Shown here in pieces: positions 11,188-20,677 of a DNA stretch of 40,881 bases (positions within the stretch are counted from its first letter, which is position 1; each line of letters starts with the position of its first letter). The stretch covers positions 1-40,881 of the forward strand of contig CBFFRQ010000150.1 of NCBI GenBank assembly GCA_965644315.1, read 5' to 3'. The DNA is from Caecitellus pseudoparvulus. Taxonomy: Eukaryota > Protista > Bigyra: Bicosoecida. A program made the translations under genes and the position numbers. Under the pieces are notes generated by a model that was not told the DNA's origin, ran no database searches, and saw only the letters and a program-made list of their open reading frames with translations.

Positions 11188-12009
11188 GGCGGAACGCAGG
11201 CGTGCGGGCGGGGAGTGGAACAGCCACGCTTGTGGCCGCGTCTACCCTCCACGAGTGTCCTGACGTGATGAACCTGTGTGAAGCGTGGTGATAACCACGG
11301 TAGCCCGAAGCAGATGCCCAAGACCTTACCTTTTACTTACTACATAGCCTGCGAGTAGCAGTGGAGTGAGCGGGAGCGTGCCTCGGGCCGCGGCGCGTGT
11401 GCAGCCGCAGTGCTGCACGGCCGCGGCCCGGATGGCGGCTGACGATGAAGCAAGCTCACTCACCACGAAACCAGGGCGTGACGGGTTGAAGAAGAAGGTC
11501 CTTTTCCTTTCTGTATCCCCCTTGATGCGCGCGATGCGCTCTGTGGCGCGGGCGCGTGTGTGCGCACGGGTGCTGGTGTGCGCGATCGAATTCCGCACCA
11601 CGCACCCGGCCGAGTTCCCGCGCAGAGGCGGAGCACACACCTCATGAAGGGCGCAGAGAGGCCTATGAGGGCCACAGAGGAGGTGGGTGAGGAATTTGGA
11701 TTATGATCTGTTGTCAAGACTGCGCGGATGCCTGGGTGTGCTCTGGTGTGCCCCAGGTGTCTGGCGCTGGCGGAGCAAGGGATGAAGTGTAGCGGAGGAG
11801 GGCCAAGATGATGAATTGGAGCGGGCAGGGACCTGCCCTAGCAAGTGGCGGCAGATATAACGGGTGCAAGCCTGTGTTTGTTGCGAATCCGCGCCAAGCG
11901 GTAGCCGCTGTGGCGTCCTACATGTGCAGAGGTGCATTGTGGGGCGCCCGTGTGACGCTCAAGCTGTACGGTGCCAAGCTGTGCCGAGGTGAAATGCATT
12001 GTGAGTTGC

Positions 12010-12017
12010 TAACCTAA
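12010..12017 (+). repeat. Short degenerate telomeric spacer TAACCTAA
   Basis: Lies between the 3' end of copy 1 and the 103-bp fragment. Confidence 0.8.
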
Positions 12018-12120
12018 GTGTCACTGCATTCTGTTGTGGCGCAGGTGGCACCACATGTCCAAGCCCAAGCTGTACCATGATGTAGCCTGCATGGAGGCAA
12101 TCTGCAATGCATTGAGTAGC
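12018..12120 (+). mobile_element. 103-bp 3'-terminal fragment identical to the 3' end of copy 2
   Basis: 12018-12120 is identical to 14963-15065; both are followed by TAACCCT. Confidence 0.93.
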
Positions 12121-12142
12121 TAACCCTAACCCTAACCTAAAC
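12121..12142 (+). repeat. Internal telomeric spacer TAACCC TAACCC TAACC TAAAC
   Basis: Read directly from the sequence; it abuts the 5' end of copy 2. Confidence 0.9.
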
Positions 12143-15065
12143 TTTCCAAATGTCAAGCTAATCACAAGTTGTGAAGTGCTAACATTGCCTAATCCAGGCG
12201 CTCGTGCACCCAAGTGTGGTGTTGCACAGTGCTTGCTGGTTGGGTGGTGCGCACCGGGGCGGGGTAGTGCGAATTCCGCACACCATCGCACCGTGGCTCC
12301 CAGTTTGCGCCCTCGGTCGGGGCATGCACCTGGGATCGACATCAAAAGCATCATTGACAAGCATCATGAACGCCCAAGTGGATCAAGTCCTGGGGGTCCT
12401 CTTCGTGGAGGGGTGCCTGAAGCGCAAGCAAGTGCTCGGCCCCAGAACAGGTGTCTTCACTGACATGCCACGTCGGGGTGCCGCACGCACCTTCGAGCTT
12501 GGAGGACCCCTGCCCAAGACTGATCATGATAGTTCATCTTCGGCACGGGACATGTGGCTCGAGGTCTATGGGGAAGCCGCCGAACGGCTGATCCCAGGGC
12601 TGAGTGCGGAATTCGGCAACGCCAATGCGGCCCTGCGCCAGGGACCCACCGGATCGCCAACCATCCTCGTCACGCTCGGAAGTGAGGGTGATTCACCAAC
12701 AGTGGCACGTCAACTTCGCATTCTTGCTGCTCAAGAGGACGACTTCGCCATTCGAGTCGGCCAAGGTGGGTTCGTCGCCGTGGCCTACACCAACACCAAG
12801 CAGTTCGCATCGGCGAAGGCGAAAGTGAAGGTGAAGGCCCACCCCACCGCCATCCAAGTGGCCCACCAAGTGACCAAGGAAGCAACCGAAATCGCCTGCC
12901 AGTCAGGTGATGTTGCCAAGGTCATGTGCCTCGTTAGGTCCCACTTCGACCATGGCCCCGTGCCAGCCCAAGCCGTCCGTCCCAGTGTCAGACAATCCGT
13001 CCCCTCCGAGGGTGATGCACCTGTCGACACCAAGACACCATCGACCTGGACTGACACTCAGCTCGACAAGGCACCGAAGAAGAAGAAGACCCGTCGAGGC
13101 AAGCGAGGAAAGGGCAAGTCAGCCGGACGATCCCTCACCTTCGAGGACGTCTTCATCAAGAACGTCCGGCCACCTGCACCTCGACCAACCTCACCACCTG
13201 CCACCCAAGGCTCACCCAAAGATACCGTCACCACCCCTGTGGTGCATGCCATGTTGCCTTCATCAAGGGTGCAGCGGGGCGTCGACCGCAAGTGGCCGTC
13301 CCCCACCCCGTCGGGCGAGGCAAGCCCCGAGGTGCACCGGTATCGGCCGTCTGCAGCAGCAGCATGGGAGGTGATCACAAGGGTGGTGCCTCTTCATGAC
13401 AGTGTGCGGACACCCGAGCACCTGGCCGAGTACCCCATCAAGCCTGGCCCTCTGGCCGACCTGCTGTCATCGACCCACGTGTACTCTAACGTGGGGGGCG
13501 GGCCTGTGTCCAGGCCTGTCTCGAGACGGCAGCAGGGGAGAGGGTCTTCGAGGCTGGGGACCTCCTCCTACTCCAGCATGCAGCCACCATCAACGCTGCC
13601 CAGCTTGCCTTCAAGCACATGGTCAGGCAGCTGGAGGGGGTGGTCAGTGACTCGTCCAGCTCGGACATCATGGACGTCGGCCAGAAGCCACCCTCCCCCT
13701 TCCGCTCAGACGGGCAACGGGTGGCCGTCTTCCGCAACATGCTGCACCAGCACTCGCCGGATGACACCTTCCTGGCCCCAGGTACACCACCAGTCCTGCT
13801 TCCCGGCCTGCACCTGCTCATCGACCGCATCAACCAAGGGTACCGTGCCCCAGCCGGGCATGATGACCTTGGCCAGGCCGGCGTCGACCCCAGCCAGGTT
13901 GATGAAGAGGGTGACCAAGAGGGGCACCTCGACGGAGTGCTGTATGCCTTCGCACTTCGAGAGGTGTGGACCGACAACACGGCCCATCTGCAGCTCATCC
14001 TCGTCGACCATGATCGAGGCAAGCTGGTGCTGTGGAACCCCGACATCCCTGACCTCCATGACGAGCTGCCCCTGCACAAGTGCATGACCCGGCTGGCAGC
14101 CGAAGGCATCAACGTCTTGTACCGGATCTGGACCACACCCGAGGCGGGCAGTCCAGCACCCTTCCGGGACAGGCTTCGAGGGGCACTCCAGTCTCTCCGA
14201 GATGACTTCCCCCCCCTGCCTCACAAGGCCACCGACGGCACCGTGCACCCCCAGACCCTCATCGCTGGCAAGGGCACAAGGGTGGCCATGCCTCATGGGC
14301 GGATGACCCGACAGCAGGCCGCCACCCTGGAGGCTGAGGTCAAGGACCCCCTCAAGCGGCTGGTGCCTGAAGACGGCGAGGGTCGCCTGCCCAAGGTCAA
14401 GGATGTGCCCCACATCTCGATCGGGCAGATGGGTGGACGCCTGATGTAAGTCACCTGTGGGGGCATACTCCCTGTGCCACACATGACTGAAGCTTTGTGT
14501 CGCGACCGACGCACATAGCTGACATCGGACATTGGAAAGTCCAACCCAACCTCACCATCACCAACCCAACATCGATACCAACACATCAGGACTCGGCTCA
14601 GTGGAAGGGGAAGGCACTTGCAGCAAGATCTGTGAGGCCGCCCCCAAACCTGAGCCGAAGGGACAGCCGGGCTGGGTCGTGTGCTTGCATCTCAGCAACA
14701 CCCAGTCCGTGTCGAGTCCATATCCTCCAGCCCACACCGCCACCCAAGCCAAGCAAGTCGGGTCTCCACCCCTGGACATCGGACCGAGACGGACGAGACT
14801 GGACTGGACGGACAAGACAAGAGTGGACCGAGACCTGGACCTACACCTCAAGACCATCCCACCGGGGCGGGCGCTGAAGCGCCAAGACAGACGGCGACTT
14901 ATACAACGGACACGAGTCTGTGCTAGTCGCAAAGCCGTGCAAGCGGTGCCGTCGTGGTGTCTGTGTCACTGCATTCTGTTGTGGCGCAGGTGGCACCACA
15001 TGTCCAAGCCCAAGCTGTACCATGATGTAGCCTGCATGGAGGCAATCTGCAATGCATTGAGTAGC
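12143..15065 (+). mobile_element. Non-autonomous relative (copy 2): complete 5' and 3' ends, only the N-terminal region, no APE or RT
   Basis: First ~90 bp nearly identical to the 5' end of copy 1. Its protein is homologous to the first ~700 aa of copy 1. It has the family 3' end followed by TAACCCT. Confidence 0.88.
12366..14449 (+). CDS. ORF1-like protein (~694 aa) of copy 2, with one 1-nt deletion in the G run at ~13495
   Basis: Blocks shared with copy 1: QVLGVLF, PRTGV.TDM.RRGAARTF.LGG, IAC.SGDV.K, KKKTRRGKR, CVQAC.ETAAGE, PPVLLPGLHLL..RIN.G, HLQLI.V...LVLWNP, SLR.DFPPLP, GR.TRQQAA. It stops (TAA) where copy 1 enters the APE domain. Confidence 0.8.
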
Positions 15066-15072
15066 TAACCCT

Positions 15073-16399
15073 CCTGAGGCGGCCGCAGTCTTGAGCAACC
15101 CTCATGCTGCTCTTCGCGGCCCCTCAGGTCTTCTCCGTCCTCCCAAGTACTGGAAGCAAGCTCTGGCTGCCGCCACGAGCTTCTCTGTATCTGCGTGGGA
15201 CGTGCTGGTAACGTGTATGCTTGGACGTACCTCACAGGTTGATCGTCATATCCAGGTGCACGCCAGGTATCTCTGGTGGGCTGCACATGGCCGCACGAGT
15301 CCACTCCCGGGCTTCTCCACTCCTGATCCCAGCGCTGTGAGAAAGCATACACGACATGTTCGCACGCGGCGCTTTGAGCGAACTTACTTTCCTGTCAGGG
15401 CTGAGCGCAGGCCCCCTCGCTCCTTCACGAGGCAGGCCACTCTCCTGGACTTTGGCCTCACACGGCCCGAAGCCCGTGATCACCCTCCATCGCCCTCTTC
15501 CAACTCGCCCACGTCCTCCGAGGTATCCCTGGAAAGTCCATCGTCCTCTGAATAGGCGGGGATCTGTGCGAGACAAAGCGCAGAAGCAGGCAAGCTTACG
15601 TATGTATCGTGGTAAGAACCACGGTCGTGGTTGACTGCGAAGGCGAGGCTGCTACATGCGCTGTCCTTGATGCTTGGTTTTCTCTGTGAAAAGTAAGGTT
15701 ATTGGAAAGTAAATGTTGTCAGTATACGTACCTGTGTCTTCGGGGTCCACAGAAAGGTCCTCTGGCGGCTCTGCGATGGTGCGGGCGGAATTTGGGAGCG
15801 TGAACAGGTGGGCGCAGCGTGCAACGCCGCGCGCGGAACTTACAGGTCCGCCAGGTCCTGATTGATGATGGGGCTGGGTCATCTGTGAACAAGGGAGCAT
15901 GCTGGTGTGTTCTTGGTGGGCGGGGGGCGTTGTTCCGGCGGTGCGCGCTGCTACCACCGGCGTGGTGCAGTGCAACACCGCCGTGAAACGCAACCCCCCA
16001 AAGGCGGCCACCGAGGCTCAGTTCAGCGCGCAGTGGCCCCAGGCACACGTGCAGTGCCTGGCGAGGGCCAGGAGATATGGGGGGATTCAGAATTATGATG
16101 CGAAGTGTGGACTGGGACGAAGTAAGAGTGGGCCCGGCCCCCTCTGGCTCAGCCGACTGAGCCGAGAGGGCGCGGGAGGGACAGTTCAGCACGTATGGGC
16201 GGGCGCGGGCGCGCCCTAGCAAGCGGCGGCTTATACAACGGACGTATGTCCGTGATGGCTGCAGACCCACGAGAGTGGGAGCCGCTGTGGTGCCTACTAC
16301 AGTGCATTCGTGTGCTGTGGTACGCAAGGCACCACGAGTGATGCCCAAGCTGTACCGTGCAAGAGTGTGCGGAGGCAAGTTGCAATGCATTGAGTGAGC
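15073..16399 (+). mobile_element. 5'-truncated copy 3 (ORF C-terminus plus 3' UTR)
   Basis: 15073-15555 encodes EAAAVLSNPH...HARYLWWAAHGR..PLPG...RTRR..RTYFP, homologous to the copy 1 C-terminus. The 3' end GCAATGCATTGAGTGAGC is followed by TAACCCCTAACC (16400-16411). Confidence 0.9.
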
Positions 16400-17017
16400 T
16401 AACCCCTAACCGAAGCTCTGAGGTGAGGCAAGCTTGAACACAATGTGCCGGATTAACAGCACACGCTCTGCACCATCATGCACTCACGTTTTCTAGTGTT
16501 TTATGTACTATGTGCACCGTTGCACAGCTTCGGCGAACCACACGAGTGGCTGTCTTAAGAGTTACGCGAATGATGCAAAAACATGTCTCACTTATCTGAA
16601 ACCGGAGTATCACAGACAAATTGAAGACAGGAGCTCGCGGTGCCTGCACCAGCAGACAAATCTGACAATACGCTCCATGACATTCTATCAACTACTATTT
16701 GGTTGCCCGCTCCTCCCACATCCGGTACAGAGCCAAAGGAGGATCGCATCTCACCCGTCAGAGCGACCCAGTGGCAAACAACACTGAGGCCATCCACGAA
16801 TCCATCACTATGATGTGCAATGTCTTACAAGTGTAATCTTCAACACTAAATACAATGTGCAGCTAGCCTTCATGCCAAGCGCTGTGGGCTTCCCGCGAGC
16901 ACGTTGTACCTCGCCGCGCTCACATTCCCAGGCAAGCTGCGAATTCAGCACGATCACGAGGCCACAGCTCAACACAATCGGTCTCCTTCACAATACACTT
17001 GCCGTACATATCTCAGT

Positions 17018-20000
17018 TTACTGTACGCACGCAGCGCCTGCGATGCCTGACTGGGCGTCCCGCGGCGCGTCAGCTGTGAAGGTGAGGCCTGTGGCCTGTG
17101 TGAACGCCGCAGCGGCCAAGGATCCCTCGCTGAGCTGGGTGCCTTGGGCTGGCACGAATGCCAGCTGCCCTTCCACGGCAGAGAGCGCTTCACCCAGAAC
17201 GGATGCGGCAAGAGTGTGCAGCGCACGGGCCAGGGCACGCTGGTTGTGCACTGTGCCCTGCCAAACGCCATCCCCATCCAGGGTGCCGCTCGCCGCCAAC
17301 GCCATGGATAGCGACTGCTGCACTGGCGCACTCCAAGCTGCTTCCACCCTCACACCCACGCTGGAGGCGACACTCGTCCAGCCGTCACTGGACTGCACGC
17401 GGAGGTTTGGGAACACCTGTGAGCCACTCGCGAGGTGCAGGCCAGTCACCAGCACGTCGCCTTGCAGGGCCTGCAGCTGGTCCAGTGGCACTGGCTGTGC
17501 GCCTCGCAAGTCTCGCAAGCCTGACCGAGTGCCAAGGGATATCTGCACAGGGTGCACAGGAGCCTGGGAAGCCACGGACCACTGCACAGCCATGGCAGTT
17601 GTGTCCTGCTGGAAGCAACACAGCTCGCTCGCACTGCTGCTTGCAGTCAGCGGCACAGGTGCAATGGAGCCTGAGAAGGCGGCCTCTTGACCGATGAAAG
17701 TGCTTCCACTGCTTGTGTTGGCAACCTCCCCTGCGCTGTCCGTCACCCTCACCGACAAGATCAACGTTTCCCGCCTGCTGCCCAGGGGCAAGGACAGGGT
17801 TAAGGCGGACAGGGTGGCGTTTGTGTCCAGACCAGCTGCAGGCGGAAGCAGCGACACCACTTGTGCTGTGCCCAGAGCAGTCCACGGCAGCACCGCAGCT
17901 CCAGAAGAGGCGTTCACAACAGACACCTCGTAAGTCAGGGAGCCCGCAGTCGCAACGGTGTTTTGCCACCGCCAACAGGCGTGCACTGGTGTCCCGACTG
18001 GCAGGAACAAGTTCTCAACAGGTGGAGTGGACCCCGCATGCCCCCCTGCAGGCCGCAGACACTGACAGCCATGTGGGTACAGGAGCTGCCGTATCCACCA
18101 CGATGCCGTCTGTGAAGGCGTACATCTGCACGCCAGCAGCGCTGGTCAACGCGACTGTTCCGCATAGCACTTCGCCTTGGCTCGGTGCACTACCGGGCAC
18201 AGCAGAACACATGCCTGAGGCCAAGTGTTGCAGGCCAGATTCTGCATCCGCTGCGCCCTCCCATGCCAGCGAGAGGAAGTCCGCAGACGCTGTGGCTGCC
18301 GCGTCAGAATATGCAGCCAGCTCGTCGCCATCCAGGGGCGCCCGGAGCGAATCCCACACGCGCAGCAGTGTGGGGCCAGTTGCGTCCACGGCACCCGTGC
18401 GAACGGTGCTGGTGGTGTACTCGCCAGCGCCATTTGCGAGGGTGAGGGAGAAGTAGGCCCGCTGTCCGTGAACAATGTTGGAGGCCAGGAATGTGTTCAG
18501 GGAGTCCAGAGGCACAGCGGCAGGGGGCGCGAGCTGCGTGCCGCCTTGGGAAGTGCCAGCCGACACGACCACCACAGCCAGGCCGCTCTCGGCATCTGCA
18601 GCGGCATCAAACGTCAGCGCAAAGGCTCCAGTCGCCCCAGACATGGAGGGTGCACAAGGAGTGCACTCAGTGATGAAGGGACCGTGGGTGGCCTTGTACG
18701 TGCCCAGGGGGCAGGAGACACAGGCACCACTGGCCGCCTCTCGGTACGTGCCTGGAGCACATTGCAGGGCTGGGGCATCTGAAGACATTGGCGGGCTGGG
18801 GGCGACAATCCCAGTGGCACCCGAGTTGCAGGCGTCACAGAGGGTGGGGTTGTTGCCCAGCACTTGCTTGCAGGCGGGCACGGCACAGGGTTGACAAGCC
18901 TTGCTCGTCGCGTTCAGCACGAAGCCCGGCCCACACTGGCACACGCCGCCGCCGTGCGTGAAGTCGGGCACAAATGCAGCATTGGGGTCGGCACAAGCGC
19001 ACGTGCTGCGCCCCGCAGGATCCCCGATCCCGAACGCCGTCAGCAGCAGGGCCTGTGCACTCATGCCCGCCAAGGAAGGCAGCGTCTCGTCACAGGCAAA
19101 GCCGTCGGAGGAGGCGACACTGGCGTGCCCCGCCATGTTCGTGGCGCACACACTGGTGAACACGGTGCTCCCAGGGGTCAACGCCAGGCCTGCCATGGCC
19201 CATGCCGTGCGTAGCGCCACGACTGTCCAGGGCATGACGTCATCCAGCCTTGCCGCGCTGCCCAGCGCGACCTCGTACGTTGCGATGCCAGAGGGGTCCA
19301 CGAAAGAGTCCCAGTTCGCGGCCGCCTGAATGCAGTCGGCGGCAAAGTCCACGTCGCCGCCCAGTCGAGCGCCATCGCGCACGACGCCGGCAGTGGGCCT
19401 ACTTGTGACCAAGGGGTGCAGGGCGCCCCACTGCTCGGCGCGCAAGGCCTGCTACGTTGGTCGCCTTGACACTACAAGCCAAGAAGCGGCCTTCAGGGAG
19501 GGGGCTTGGCACCCCATCGCTCCCGGGGCTGAAGGTGGCTTGGCCCTCACCTGGTCCCAGGGACAGCACGTTGGACAGCGGCACGACGGACCCAGTCCCG
19601 CCCGCCATCACCTCCACCAGCTCCACGCCAATGCCCACCACCGGTGCCTTGGCGAACTGCACGCCTGCCCATCCACACGTGACCTGGGTCGCATCGCTCA
19701 GCAGGGACACTTTGCTGCCAGTGGCGTCCAAGAAGTGGACGCTGCCGATGTCTGGCGGGGTGATGTCTACGACGACGGGCTTGGAGAACACTGTGCGCAG
19801 ACCAGCTTCGTTGGTGCCAATCACGGACATGTAGTACTTGGTGCCAATGACCAGGTGCAGGCCACTTCAGGTGGCAGCTGGGCTGGCGAGGGGTGCGGAA
19901 TACCCCTGCACCTGCTCCCCGTAAGGCGACGTGCCCAGGGAGGCCGAGTAGGCAACATCGCCCTCTGCGTCCAGGAACGGCGCCCAGGACAGGGCCACAG

Positions 20001-20235
20001 CGCTGGTGGAGGACGCGTAGTACACGTCACCCACCAGCTGCCCGTCCGTCAATGCCGCTGTGCCGTCGAAGGTCGCCGCTGTCTCTTCTGGGGTGAAGGA
20101 GGTGTGCTCCGCGCCCAGCAGCGCTCCGTCCTCGTCATATGCGACGACTGTCACGTGGTACTCCGCCCCACTCGGCAAATCAAAGCCGCTGGTGCTGGTC
20201 TGTTTGACAGTGTCCACACACATCAATAAGGGCAC
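17018..20235 (-). pseudogene. Disrupted large extracellular protein with Fn3-like repeats and Cys-rich (EGF/TNFR-like) modules
   Basis: Repeated motifs of type W..F.D..SG+..Y.V.LG, Y++SV.ATN.AGL and DxTPP, plus CQCGPGF and CVSCPLGTY. Split by an in-frame TGA at 19867-19869 and frameshifts near 19410-19445 and 18015-18050. Homology may extend to ~20500; both ends are uncertain. Confidence 0.7.
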
Positions 20236-20677
20236 TGCTGCGCGTTGGCGGCCAGTCCCAATGGACCAAGTTGGCGTGACACACTTCAGGCTCTCTGTGG
20301 AGATCTTGCTTCATTTCCACAGGATTTTACCGATTTCGTGTGCTGCACACAATTCAATGGGATTCATTCAAGTCATCCTTCCCAAACCATGCCTGGACGG
20401 CGTGTCACTCTCACCAGAGAGCGCTGAAGAGTGCTGGAGTGGCGTTTCGGTTTGCTTCACCACGACAATCCACGAGGCCTGCGATATCTCTTGTTTAGGA
20501 TGCACTCCACAGGCTCTGAGCAGCTGAGAGGTCTACAACATGTAGGTGATTTGAAAAAACTTTGAATTATTCTGCAAGTGTCTCAGACCACGCGGCTAGC
20601 CTCGGTGCCCTGGCTGGCCTGTGTGTGGATGAAACTCCCTTCACCCAGCCGGAGAGCCGGTGGCCCTGCTGCAGCTC

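Larger units (their letters stand above)
4404..12009 (+). mobile_element. Full-length telomere-associated non-LTR retrotransposon (APE-RT type), copy 1
   Basis: Starts immediately after the telomere (TAAC|TTTCCAAATG); the same 5' end recurs at ~12141. Encodes APE, RT and CCHC motifs. Ends at ...AATGCATTGTGAGTTGC followed by TAACCTAA. No poly(A). Confidence 0.93.

Noticed and set aside
14446-14451. GTAAGT splice donor at the end of the copy 2 ORF
   Set aside because: No downstream acceptor leads to an APE/RT exon, so it may be chance.
14497-14877. Short ORF with CAC...CRVH faintly resembling a tyrosine recombinase segment
   Set aside because: No catalytic R-H-R-Y motifs, non-ATG start, low complexity.
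14963-15065. HDV-like ribozyme fold in the 103-bp duplicated segment (GUGUCAC/GUGGCAC as P1, UGCAUU/AAUGCA as P2, CUG/CAG as P3)
   Set aside because: Copies 1 and 3 do not keep this topology and support a simple long hairpin instead; there is no convincing J4/2 catalytic C motif.
12018-15065. LTR retrotransposon defined by the 103-bp direct repeats
   Set aside because: No TG..CA termini, PBS, PPT or integrase; the repeat is the family's 3' end.
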